Part shown: positions 28,615 to 38,454 of the stretch, piece by piece
Layout: the number at the start of each line of letters is the position of its first letter
How positions within the stretch are numbered: the first letter of the stretch is position 1
DNA from: Candidatus Sysuiplasma acidicola
Lineage (GTDB): Archaea > Thermoplasmatota > Thermoplasmata > Sysuiplasmatales > Sysuiplasmataceae
NCBI GenBank assembly: GCA_019721035.1
Contig: JAHEAA010000001.1
Coordinates: forward strand, 39,991 to 103,990
Length of the DNA: 64,000 nt
Reading direction: 5' to 3'
The notes under the pieces: model-generated
The model's input: the letters and a program-made list of their open reading frames with translations, nothing else
Database searches by the model: none
What the model was told of the DNA's origin: nothing
Made by a program: the position numbers and the translations under genes

Positions 28615-30819
28615 ATGCTGAGAATTATGACGAGTTTCGGTTCGACGATTAAGAGTGTATTATTGACTGCTTTGTTGATACTTTCCGCCGTAATGGTGCT
28701 TCAGGGCGCTTCCGTGCCCGCACTGGCGGTGCCATATTCAGGTTCCCCGCCCACGCCTACAAACCTGACCATGTACTTCCACAATCTGTCGTCCCCTGTC
28801 ACCGTCGGCGGCGTTCCGCACCTGCACATAGCGAATACGTGGAATGACTCCGTAGCTCAGTATGCCAATACGGGAGACAATATTTCATCGACGCATTATC
28901 TGTCGATCAACTTCACCATGTATCCTCAACTGGCAGGTCCACTGCAGTTGAACGGCACCATGTACACATTTCTCTATATGGAACAGAACGGCTCTGCTCC
29001 GACATCCGGTCATATCACCATGTCACTGTATCTTGATGCTCCGGGAGGTACATCAACGCTTATTGCAACCGGCCCCGCGACTTCCACAACAAAGACTTAT
29101 CCAGGCTCCGGTCCAACACTGATTCGCGTTACCGGTCCAACACTGGACCTGACTTTGGCAGCCAACTATAGTCTCTCTGTCTCGATTGTGGTTAGCGGAG
29201 GAACGAGTCAGATTTACAACGTCCTCTGGGGGCACGTTAGTGGGACATATTACGATTCTCAAGCTGTTCTCTCTGTTTCTTCCTATCTCGAAGTTGGAAG
29301 TATGTACGCTTTGAACAGTTCTGGAGCAAGAGTCTATTCGCTGTCACCTAACGCAACCAACAAGAGTGTTAGTGTATATGCTAACCTGACAGACCCTCTA
29401 GGTGCTTATGATTTCTCGTCTTGGCCAGTGCAGTACTCCATAGGAAACTCAAGTGGAACGCTCTTGAGCGGTGTTATGACAAACGCAACTGTTTTCGCCG
29501 TCGACAGCTACTTGATGACTTACAAATTTACATTTAACTACAGCAGTTTCTCTCCCGGTGACTACACTATAACTGTTAACGGCACAGACAATACCATGCA
29601 CAATTACATCAACTCACTGGGAGTCGTATATGGTAGAAATGCCTACGGCAGCATGCAGCTCTTTATCGGTCTGCCCCCGGTTCGCGCGCTGTTTACAGTC
29701 CAGGACTCTCAGGGACACGCGCTCAGCGGTGCAACAGTTCGTGCATACTACTCTGTCTCATTCATTGCATCGAACCGCACAAACGGCAGCGGTGTGGCAG
29801 GCATATCTCTGTTTGGCGGAAACTACACTGTGCAAGTATTCTGGCAGTCTATCAATGTCGGATCGTTTGCAGTAACGGTGAACAATACAAGCAGCTCGTT
29901 CACGCTTAAATCGAATGTCTATTCCCCCTCGTACATATTCGAGAGTCAGTCTGGATTGCCTCTCTCCAACGCGTTCGTTTACATGACCTCGCCGAATGGA
30001 ACTCAGCTGCCTTTGCTGGTCACAGGAAGCAGCGGCGCATACCCTCTCTCCGAAATGGCCGGAGGCAACTACCCCACCGTCGTCGTATGGCACAGCAGTG
30101 TGATATTCAATGGAAGCATTGACATCAACAGTAACGGAAACGTGCCCGTCAATGTCCATGCATACACCCAGTCATTCAAGGTTGTCAGTGCGTCGGGGAC
30201 ACCCGTGGCCACTGCGAACATACTCATAGTCAATTCCACAACGGGCATAGATCTGGGTTTCAACACAACCGACGCTTCGGGCGCAGCATCGTCGGTCATA
30301 CCCTACGGCACATACGCAGTTTCCGTCTACTGGAAGGGAATACTCGTTTATGACAACAGCAATGTTGTGCTTAACAACCCCACTGCGCCGGCAATGGTGC
30401 TCAACAGCAGCATCTACACCATGACCGTCAGGGCGCTCTCGGCTGACGGATCACCGTTAGGCAATGTAGTCGTCAATGTATTCAGCAATTCGACGGGAAC
30501 ATTCCTTTCCGCAGTCACGGACAGCAGCGGCTATGCAACATTTGAGCTTGCGGGCGGCACATACTCCGTCACAGCGTCGTTTTCAACGACATACGATCTA
30601 ACACCTGTATCACAGAAGATCACCCAGTCTGTGACCGTCTCCAGCTCATCGACACTTGCACTCAAGTTCACGCAGGTCTACCCCCCGATAACATCGACCA
30701 ACCTGTTCTACTTCATTGTGGTTATAGTGGTAATAGCAATAATCGCTGTTGCCGTCATAGCCATGATTGCAAAGAAGAGCGGCATGATGGGCAAACCCGG
30801 AAAGAAGGATGAGAAGTGA
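28615..30819 (+). CDS. Large surface glycoprotein with four carboxypeptidase-regulatory/Ig-like repeats and a C-terminal membrane anchor
   Basis: Signal peptide, S/T/N/G-rich, many sequons; four repeats of type DSQGHALSGATV...T..SG....L.GG.Y.V.V.W; TM + KKSG...KK tail. Confidence 0.85.
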   Translation: MLRIMTSFGSTIKSVLLTALLILSAVMVLQGASVPALAVPYSGSPPTPTNLTMYFHNLSSPVTVGGVPHLHIANTWNDSVAQYANTGDNISSTHYLSINFTMYPQLAGPLQLNGTMYTFLYMEQNGSAPTSGHITMSLYLDAPGGTSTLIATGPATSTTKTYPGSGPTLIRVTGPTLDLTLAANYSLSVSIVVSGGTSQIYNVLWGHVSGTYYDSQAVLSVSSYLEVGSMYALNSSGARVYSLSPNATNKSVSVYANLTDPLGAYDFSSWPVQYSIGNSSGTLLSGVMTNATVFAVDSYLMTYKFTFNYSSFSPGDYTITVNGTDNTMHNYINSLGVVYGRNAYGSMQLFIGLPPVRALFTVQDSQGHALSGATVRAYYSVSFIASNRTNGSGVAGISLFGGNYTVQVFWQSINVGSFAVTVNNTSSSFTLKSNVYSPSYIFESQSGLPLSNAFVYMTSPNGTQLPLLVTGSSGAYPLSEMAGGNYPTVVVWHSSVIFNGSIDINSNGNVPVNVHAYTQSFKVVSASGTPVATANILIVNSTTGIDLGFNTTDASGAASSVIPYGTYAVSVYWKGILVYDNSNVVLNNPTAPAMVLNSSIYTMTVRALSADGSPLGNVVVNVFSNSTGTFLSAVTDSSGYATFELAGGTYSVTASFSTTYDLTPVSQKITQSVTVSSSSTLALKFTQVYPPITSTNLFYFIVVIVVIAIIAVAVIAMIAKKSGMMGKPGKKDEK

Positions 30820-30855
30820 CGGAAACGTGATTTCTCATCAGATGTTGTCTGCAGA

Positions 30856-30896
30856 GCATCTGCTGTGACGGCCGCAGATGCCCCCAAACATTTTTT
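30856..30896 (+). terminator. Hairpin + T-tract downstream of the surface protein gene
   Basis: GCATCTGC...GCAGATGC 8-bp stem followed after 9 nt by TTTTTT. Confidence 0.45.
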
Positions 30897-31223
30897 CACT
30901 TTACCCATTGAAGTTTTTCATATGCTGGAGCGGAATTCCGGTTTTAAGGCCTGTCTGATTTTGTTCAAACGCCTCGTCCGGTCAAGGATGAAGAACGGCG
31001 CGACAATTGTTACTGTCTGGCTAATTATTGAAAGGACAGGGTGATTCATTGAACTCTTTTTGATACCCGGCCAGGCTGCAACCCCGTGTAATCTGCGTTC
31101 GCCTTATAGCCTTTGGTTTTCAAGAATTCGAAACCATCGGACCACTGATATTTCTCTTGCTGTACCGTCAGGGAACGGACCGCCCCGGAACCGAGAAAGC
31201 ACCGTATTCATGCAGGGATGGTA

Positions 31224-31505
31224 TCACTGCTTTGTTTCCCCATTCTCGTGTCTCGGACCCTTGTGCGTGTGAAGAACCATGGATGTGACAGTGCTCTTCA
31301 CTCCGTTTATCTTCATAATCTTGTTCTTGAGTATTTCCCTGAATTCCTCTATGTCCGAACACGCAATGACTGAAACTATGTCAAACTCTCCGGTAACTTC
31401 ATAGAGTTCCTCGACGCTGGGAAGGCTTGCAAGCTCAGCAACAACATTGTCTAGCAGGGGCGATTCCACGAAGATGTTAACCATTGCAAGTAATCGCTTG
31501 GTCAA
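31224..31505 (-). CDS. Stand-alone Lrp/AsnC ligand-binding (RAM) domain protein
   Basis: VEELYEVTGEFDIV...INGVKSTVTSMVL; no HTH; TTG after GGTGAT. Confidence 0.88.
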   Translation of the reverse strand: MTKRLLAMVNIFVESPLLDNVVAELASLPSVEELYEVTGEFDIVSVIACSDIEEFREILKNKIMKINGVKSTVTSMVLHTHKGPRHENGETKQ

Positions 31506-31588
31506 TCAAATCACCGCATTCTCCCGTTCGATGAGATTCTTAAGTATATGTATGTATCCAAGGTCCAGACCGTCCGTGTCACACTGAA

Positions 31589-32032
31589 TCATGCGAGGAA
31601 TGCGCTATAGACCTGCGGATAATTCTCCATCAGCAATATGTTGAGTCTGAGCACGTTGACGTAAGGCGTTCCGGCAATCCAGTATGTCCACCTGATGTTA
31701 TCTTTGATTATCGCTTTCAGCGACGCTATCGGTATATGTGTTGAGTTGTTTATTCTCGGCACCTGCGCATACGCACTGCTCAGCGTGATGTCCGGATCTA
31801 CCCCTGAAGCGGAATTGTTTCTCGGATGGAAGAAGAGCGGTGATGTGAACGACTGGGTTATAAGCTCAGAACCCACAGGTTTTCCGTTGATGTTCACTAT
31901 TTCCCCGTTTGCCTGATAAGGCATGGCAATCTGTGCTATGCCAGTAATTACGAGCGGAAAGATGAGACCGCATACTACGGCAAAAATTACTGCCAGTCTG
32001 GCGCAAGTCATCGCCAACTCCTTAACTGTCAC
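31589..32032 (-). CDS. kdpC: K+-transporting ATPase subunit C
   Basis: GLIFPLVITGIAQ..MPYQANG, GSELITQSF..P.FFHPR, SASGVDPDIT, VNVLRLN. Confidence 0.93.
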   Translation of the reverse strand: MTVKELAMTCARLAVIFAVVCGLIFPLVITGIAQIAMPYQANGEIVNINGKPVGSELITQSFTSPLFFHPRNNSASGVDPDITLSSAYAQVPRINNSTHIPIASLKAIIKDNIRWTYWIAGTPYVNVLRLNILLMENYPQVYSAFLA

Positions 32033-32057
32033 TTATTCAATCTCCTTGTCAATCATA

Positions 32058-34271
32058 TCACCTTCGCATGATCAGGCCAAGCGCGATGTCTATCAGTTTG
32101 ATGCCGGCAAACGGAATCAAAACACCGCCTATGCCGTATGTGATTGCGTTCTTCAGAAAGAGCGACATTGCGCTGGCCGGTTTGAACGAAACCCCGCGCA
32201 TTGCCAGCGGTATCAGCAAGGGTATGATGACTGCATTGAATATGAGTGCGGAGAGCACTGCAGTGTGAATGCCAAGGTTGAGTATGTTCAGCGCATGCAG
32301 GGTGGGAATCGTCGCGAACATGACGGGCACAATTGCAAAATACTTTGCAACGTCATTGGCTATGCTGAACGTAGTCACCGCACCGCGCGTCATGAGCAGC
32401 TGCTTTCCCACCATCACCGCTTCGATGATCTTGGACGGATCAGATTCGAGATCCACCATGTTTGCAGCCTCCTTCGCTGCCGCGGTTCCAGAGTTCATGG
32501 CAAGACCCACATCTGCTATGGCCAGTGCGGGCGCATCGTTTGAACCGTCCCCAATCATGGCCACTATTCTGTGCTGGTTGCGCTCCTCTATTACCTTCTG
32601 ATATTTGTCCTCTGGTTTGGCCTGAGGCACATAGTCATCGATACCCACTTCCGCCGCAATGCTCTTTGCTGTGACAGGATGGTCGCCGGTAATCATCACA
32701 GGTTTAATTCCCATTGACTTGAGCGCATTTATCCTGCCCTTCATACCGGGCTTCAGAACATCCTTCAGTCTTATGACGCCCAGGGCTTCCCTGTTTCTTG
32801 TAACCGCTATTGCCGTATCACCCGCGGATGAGACTGAATTCGTCAGAGCATCGTATTCCTCCGGTACGATGTTCATCCCGGCCTTCATTGCATCTGGAGC
32901 TCCCTTGATAATGTCCATGTCGTCTATCTTCAGTTCCGGATTCTCTGCATCCAGAAACTTTCGTTTGGGCCTTCCGCGCTGTTTGAGCACCTTCCCGCTC
33001 TTTAGATGGAAGGACTGAGAACCTTCGCTCATGTGTGTGCCGCTTGTTCTTGATACTGCTGAAAACTCATAGTAGCTGGAGCCGGAGAGCGAACCGACTT
33101 CCTGCGGTATGAATCCCTTCTGGTAGGCGAGGTCTATGATGCTCCTGCCCTCGGGAGTGTCGTCTCCCCATGATGCGAGGAACGACGCCTCTCCCAGCTC
33201 CTTTTCGGTGTGCCCCCCGAAGGGTATGAACTGCACGGCTCTTCTGTTGCCGATGGTTATGGTGCCTGTCTTGTCGAGCATAATCGTGTCCACGTCGCCG
33301 GCCGTTTCTATCGCCCTGCCTGATTTGGCTATGATCTTCCTGGCATAGAGTCTTGAAATGCCAGAAATTCCTATCGCGGGCAGTAGCGCTCCTATCGTCG
33401 TCGGCAGAAGACAGACGTACAGCGCTATCAGGACAGAAAGATCGACACCCAATCCAAGCTCTATAGAGATTCCAAGCAGCGCCAGCACTATGATAGTGAA
33501 TATGGCTGTGAGTCCTATGAGCAAGATTGTTAGCGCCTGCTCATTGGGCGTTTTAGGCCTCTTTGATGATTCGACCAGTTTTATCATCTGGTTGATGAAG
33601 CTCTCTTCGGGATTCACCGTTATGCGCGCTTTCAGAATGTCGCTCACGACAGTCGATCCGCCAATCAGTGTATCGCCGGTAGCCTTTCTCACCGCCGTCG
33701 ATTCGCCAGTCATGAGAGATTCGTCAACCATGGCAATGCCTTCGATGACTTCCGCATCCGTCGGCACTATGTCTCCCTTCTCGATGATCACGATGTCTCC
33801 TTTGCACAACTCTGTGGAGGGCGTCGGCTTCACTGTCTCTGTCGTAGAACTGCCAGTTTCCGGCGGTTTACTCACGACAATCTTCTTTGCCATCACCGTG
33901 CTTTCCAGTCTCCTAAGGCTCTTCGCCGTGTTTTCGGCCTGCGCTTCTGCAAGTGCATCGGACAGCGTGCTGAACCATACGGTGAGCAGAAGCAGGAATG
34001 CCACTTCGACATAGAACGTCTGCTCGCTCGTGTGTGCTACAGGATAAAACGCTCCCGGAAATACGGCCATGGCCGCTACAACAAAAAACGTCAGCTCAAC
34101 GACGAACATGACGGGATTCGATTTGAGTCTGGTGGGGCTCAAACGCAGGACAGAGTCCTTGAGAACTGTCGACAGCTTCCACCTCTCTTCCACAGGTGTT
34201 TCGTCCTCCGCTCTCTTATCCTCCTCAGAATCGGAGTTTGCGCTTGCGATCGGCTGGATATCAGAATCCAT
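32058..34271 (-). CDS. kdpB: K+-transporting P-type ATPase subunit B
   Basis: NPVMFVVE, TGES, CLLPTTIG, DKTGT, TGD, GDGSNDAPAL, SIANDVAKYF. Confidence 0.96.
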   Translation of the reverse strand: MDSDIQPIASANSDSEEDKRAEDETPVEERWKLSTVLKDSVLRLSPTRLKSNPVMFVVELTFFVVAAMAVFPGAFYPVAHTSEQTFYVEVAFLLLLTVWFSTLSDALAEAQAENTAKSLRRLESTVMAKKIVVSKPPETGSSTTETVKPTPSTELCKGDIVIIEKGDIVPTDAEVIEGIAMVDESLMTGESTAVRKATGDTLIGGSTVVSDILKARITVNPEESFINQMIKLVESSKRPKTPNEQALTILLIGLTAIFTIIVLALLGISIELGLGVDLSVLIALYVCLLPTTIGALLPAIGISGISRLYARKIIAKSGRAIETAGDVDTIMLDKTGTITIGNRRAVQFIPFGGHTEKELGEASFLASWGDDTPEGRSIIDLAYQKGFIPQEVGSLSGSSYYEFSAVSRTSGTHMSEGSQSFHLKSGKVLKQRGRPKRKFLDAENPELKIDDMDIIKGAPDAMKAGMNIVPEEYDALTNSVSSAGDTAIAVTRNREALGVIRLKDVLKPGMKGRINALKSMGIKPVMITGDHPVTAKSIAAEVGIDDYVPQAKPEDKYQKVIEERNQHRIVAMIGDGSNDAPALAIADVGLAMNSGTAAAKEAANMVDLESDPSKIIEAVMVGKQLLMTRGAVTTFSIANDVAKYFAIVPVMFATIPTLHALNILNLGIHTAVLSALIFNAVIIPLLIPLAMRGVSFKPASAMSLFLKNAITYGIGGVLIPFAGIKLIDIALGLIMRR

Positions 34272-35937
34272 TCACATGCCCCCTGAGGAATTCGAGTAGC
34301 GGTCCAAGTGCAAGGAACGGGAAAAACGTGAGCACCACTACAATCAGTATTGTGGCAAATAGGACGAATGCGAATGTCAGGCTGTCCGTCTTTATGCCCA
34401 CGCCATCCGCTGGTCCCCTTTCCCTGGAATACATGGAACCTGCAATTGCCAGCATGACCGCAATCGGCGCGAATCTGCCAGTCCACATCACCAGTGCCGT
34501 GGACACATTGAAGAAGACAGTATTGGCAGCGGTGCCCAGAAAATCTGAACCGTTGTTAGCCGCCGCCGACGTGAACTCGTATAGCACTTCGGTGAACGAA
34601 ATCGAACCCGTTCCTAGACCTATTGCATTTGTTGCCCTCGTCGCATATGCAAGGACAGTCGGCACGAGTATGATGGCCGGATGCACAAGAAAACCTATGA
34701 CTGCGAGTTTGATGTCCCCCGCCTTTATCTTCATTCCCAGGTATTCCGGAGTCCTTCCTGACATCAGACCGACTATGAAAACGGTTATGATCACATACAT
34801 GAGCATGTACATCAGCCCCACGCCGATACCACCCGGCGTCGCCTGTATCAACATGCCCATGAATGCCGAAACAATTACAAGCGGATTGAACGCCGATAGG
34901 GACGCATTGACTGATCCTGTCGTTACAGCCGTGGTGATCACAGTCCAGAACACTGGCGCGAAACCGCCGAATCTCACTTCCATCCCGGGCCCGATCGCTT
35001 CCGGGGGATAGAGCGCAATTGCCAGATCGAGCATGAACAGTGCGTATGCTGCCACGAGTATGCTCGTTCCCTCCCTCCTGCTCTTCTTTCCGAGCATCTC
35101 GCCATAGACGAACGGCATGGCTGTCGGAATGAGCAGCATAAGAATCATCTCCAACAGGTCTGAGACCTGACTGGGATTCTGGAGTGGATATGCCGAATTT
35201 GCACCATAATATCCTCCTCCGTTGGTTCCTATCTGCATAATCGATACGAGAGAAGCGACGGGACCGATCTTGATAAGCTGCTGGGCACCCTGTATCGTTG
35301 TGACTGCGGTGTATCCGTTCAACGACTGAGGAACGCCCAGATAGACTAACACAAGTGCTGCAATAAACGACAACGGCAACAGTATTCTTGTGAGCGATCT
35401 GGTGAAATCCACATAGAAGTTTCCAAGCCCGTTCTTTGTTCGGGCCTTACCGGCGAAGCCGCGTATTACAGCAACTGCCACAGCAAGTCCTGTTGCGGCG
35501 GAAGTGAACTGGAGGAACTGGATCGCAACCATCTGGCTCAGATAGGAAAGCGTACTCCCTCCGTCGTAATGCTGAAGATTCGTGTTTGACGAAATCGACA
35601 TCGCAGTGTTGAGCGCGAGATCCCATCTCACGCCGGGAAAACCTTGTGGATCCAGCGGAAGGCTGTTCTGGAATATCAGTACGAGAAATGAGATGAGTGC
35701 CATCATCCCATTGAGCACGAACATTGCGGTGAAATATTCCTTCCATCCCATGGCACGGTCATGTTTTATGCCGCAGAGCCTGTAGATGGCGTTCTCGACA
35801 GGAAGGAAAAATCGGTCAAGTCGGCCCGGCGTGTCGTAAGAATAGACATGGGCTATGTATGGCGCCAGCAGCCGGGCAAGCAACAGTCCTGCGGATAGCA
35901 CTGAGACGAGCACTACCAACTGAACAAAACCGATCAT
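34261..35937 (-). CDS. kdpA: K+-transporting ATPase subunit A
   Basis: Four filter motifs: SNTNLQHY, GTNGGGY, TTGSVN, ANNGS; also GRTPEYLG. Confidence 0.96.
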   Translation of the reverse strand: MIGFVQLVVLVSVLSAGLLLARLLAPYIAHVYSYDTPGRLDRFFLPVENAIYRLCGIKHDRAMGWKEYFTAMFVLNGMMALISFLVLIFQNSLPLDPQGFPGVRWDLALNTAMSISSNTNLQHYDGGSTLSYLSQMVAIQFLQFTSAATGLAVAVAVIRGFAGKARTKNGLGNFYVDFTRSLTRILLPLSFIAALVLVYLGVPQSLNGYTAVTTIQGAQQLIKIGPVASLVSIMQIGTNGGGYYGANSAYPLQNPSQVSDLLEMILMLLIPTAMPFVYGEMLGKKSRREGTSILVAAYALFMLDLAIALYPPEAIGPGMEVRFGGFAPVFWTVITTAVTTGSVNASLSAFNPLVIVSAFMGMLIQATPGGIGVGLMYMLMYVIITVFIVGLMSGRTPEYLGMKIKAGDIKLAVIGFLVHPAIILVPTVLAYATRATNAIGLGTGSISFTEVLYEFTSAAANNGSDFLGTAANTVFFNVSTALVMWTGRFAPIAVMLAIAGSMYSRERGPADGVGIKTDSLTFAFVLFATILIVVVLTFFPFLALGPLLEFLRGHVNGF

Positions 35938-36264
35938 TTATTCTGGTCGACCCTCGCATATTCAACTCTTACAGTCCGTCGATACGTAATCCTTATTTTA
36001 ACCTTTGGAGCCTTTTTGTGCACGATTCACGGCTCATTGATTTTGAATTGCAGGCCGGCGCATACTTCTGTCAATCGGGAGTCGGGCTCCTTCAGCTTCG
36101 GCTCGATGTCTCTATCGTCGAATCATTCCGTCAGGTTTAAGGTTAGTTTTCAGTTCATACGCGTTCAAAGGAGCGTATCAGGCATCATGCTCCGTCTGAA
36201 GCCGGGCAGCGTCAGTCCGAAACTGCCGGCAATTCAGAAATACAGAACGGTTAAGTGATAGGAT

Positions 36265-38442
36265 TTGGCAAGATCTGACTTTCAGAGAATAGCAGGCTTT
36301 GAGGAATGCGGCCCCCTCAGCATTCTCGGCGTGCATGATTCAGGGAAAGGTACGCACCAGGTGATATGCTTCCTGCCGCTCGCAGTCAGCGCATGGCTTG
36401 AAGACAGCGACGGCGCGAAGATAGTCGATCTTGACAGGGACAGCGTCTCAGGCTTCTTTACGGCGGAAGTGAAGGAAACCGCTCCTGCACCCGGGTTTGT
36501 AGTGTGCTTTGTCGACGCATCAGGTTATACGCACAGAAGGCACGATCCCTACTCCTTCCAGCCCGAGCTTACAGACTTCGACATTTATCTTTTCGAGAAA
36601 GGGGAGCTTCTCTTCAGCCATGAAATGCTTGGCGCACATATACGCGAACGGAACGGCGTGCGCGGTGTCCGTTTCGCCGTCTGGGCTCCAAATGCTGTCG
36701 CAGTCTCGGTCATAGGTAATTTCAACCACTGGAGTGTCGGCATGCATCCAATGTCCAACGTACGTCTTTCCGGTTTATGGGAGCTTTTTGTCCCAGGGAT
36801 AGTGGCAGGTGAGGTATACAAGTTCGCCGTAAAATCAGCCGTCGACGGAAAGGTAAGGATAAAATCAGATCCATATGCCTTCAAAACGGAATTGAGGCCG
36901 CGGACAGGGTCTGTTGTTACGGAACTGGCTTACGAGTGGAGCGATCAGGAATGGATATCCTCAAGAAGCTCTGCCGGCATTCTCTCTGCACCGCTCTCGA
37001 TCTATGAGGCCCATTTCTCGTCGTGGAAGAGAAAGCCGGACGGTTCATTTTTCAACTACAGGGAGACAGGGAAAGAGCTCATCGAGCATGTGAAGCACCT
37101 TGGTTTTACGCACATTGAGCTCATGCCTGTAATGGAGCACCCCCTTGATGCCTCGTGGGGTTATCAGGTTGTCAGTCACTATTCACCTACCGCTAGAAAC
37201 GGGAGTCCGGAAGACCTCATGTGGTTCATCAACGAATGTCACAGAAACGGCATTGGCGTCATACTGGACTGGGTCCCGGCACACTTTCCGGACGACGAAC
37301 ACGGCCTGTCCATGTTCGACGGCACTCATCTCTTCGACCATGAAGATCCGAGAAGGGGAAGGCACCCGGACTGGGGAACAAGCATATTCAACTACGGGCG
37401 CAATGAAGTCAGGAATTTCCTCACATCCAGCGCGCTCTTCTGGCTCGAAAGATACCATGCAGACGGCATCAGAATAGATGCCGTATCGTCCATGCTCTAT
37501 CTCGACTACTCAAGAAAGAAGGGGGAGTGGTTACCCAACAAGTACGGCGGAAGGGAGAATATAGAGGCTATAGATTTTCTCAGAGGACTCAACAGTGTCA
37601 TACACGATAAATTCCCCGGCGTCTTCACTGTAGCCGAGGAGTCGACCGCGTGGCCCGGAGTTACCGAGTCCCAGGCATCCGGGGGCCTCGGGTTTGATTT
37701 CAAGTGGAACATGGGATGGATGCACGACACGCTTGAGTATTTCAGCAAGGAACCTGTTCACAGAAAATACCATCAGCACAATCTCTCATTTTCAATATGG
37801 TATGCATTCAGCGAAAAATTCATACTACCATTTTCGCATGATGAAGTGGTTCACGGAAAATCGCCCATGATAGGCAAGATGCCCGGTGACGTCTGGCAGA
37901 AGTTTGCCAACCTACGGCTTTGCTATGCCTACATGTTCGGCAGTCCAGGAAAGAAACTGCTCTTCATGGGAGATGAGTTCGGCCAGTGGAGCGAATGGAG
38001 CGAAACATCCGGTCTTGACTGGACCCTGCTAACTCATGATATGCACAGGAAACTCCTTCTTTTTGTCCGCGACCTGAACACGCTTTACACGACATACGGG
38101 CAGCTGCACTCGCTCGACAACGATCCACGCGGTTTCGAGTGGATAGATTTCAGCGATACAGATAACAGCGTGTTGTGTTTCATACGGCATGCAGAGGACA
38201 GAAGGAACAGCCTCATTTTTGTCTACAACATGACGCCTGTCCCGCGTTACAATTACCTGATCGGCGCTCCGTGGAAGGGAAAGTACATGGAAGTACTCAA
38301 TTCCGATTCGTCTCATTACGGAGGCAGCGGAGTAGGGAATCTCGGCGGTGTCGTCTCCGGCGAATTTCCGTCACATGGACGGCAGCAGTCGCTTTCACTG
38401 ACGCTGCCCCCGCTGGGCGCTCTGGTGCTGGAATATGTGTGA
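36265..38442 (+). CDS. glgB: 1,4-alpha-glucan branching enzyme (GH13_9)
   Basis: FAVWAPNA, SWGYQV, DWVPAHF, RIDAVSSM, AEEST, KWNMGWMHD, SHDEVVHGK. Confidence 0.96.
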   Translation: MARSDFQRIAGFEECGPLSILGVHDSGKGTHQVICFLPLAVSAWLEDSDGAKIVDLDRDSVSGFFTAEVKETAPAPGFVVCFVDASGYTHRRHDPYSFQPELTDFDIYLFEKGELLFSHEMLGAHIRERNGVRGVRFAVWAPNAVAVSVIGNFNHWSVGMHPMSNVRLSGLWELFVPGIVAGEVYKFAVKSAVDGKVRIKSDPYAFKTELRPRTGSVVTELAYEWSDQEWISSRSSAGILSAPLSIYEAHFSSWKRKPDGSFFNYRETGKELIEHVKHLGFTHIELMPVMEHPLDASWGYQVVSHYSPTARNGSPEDLMWFINECHRNGIGVILDWVPAHFPDDEHGLSMFDGTHLFDHEDPRRGRHPDWGTSIFNYGRNEVRNFLTSSALFWLERYHADGIRIDAVSSMLYLDYSRKKGEWLPNKYGGRENIEAIDFLRGLNSVIHDKFPGVFTVAEESTAWPGVTESQASGGLGFDFKWNMGWMHDTLEYFSKEPVHRKYHQHNLSFSIWYAFSEKFILPFSHDEVVHGKSPMIGKMPGDVWQKFANLRLCYAYMFGSPGKKLLFMGDEFGQWSEWSETSGLDWTLLTHDMHRKLLLFVRDLNTLYTTYGQLHSLDNDPRGFEWIDFSDTDNSVLCFIRHAEDRRNSLIFVYNMTPVPRYNYLIGAPWKGKYMEVLNSDSSHYGGSGVGNLGGVVSGEFPSHGRQQSLSLTLPPLGALVLEYV

Positions 38443-38454
38443 GCTGGTGATGTG

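Noticed and set aside
30897-31223. Long intergenic gap with short ORFs (35-41 aa on the minus strand) or a possible ncRNA
   Set aside because: No convincing start/SD, motif or recognisable RNA fold; left unannotated.
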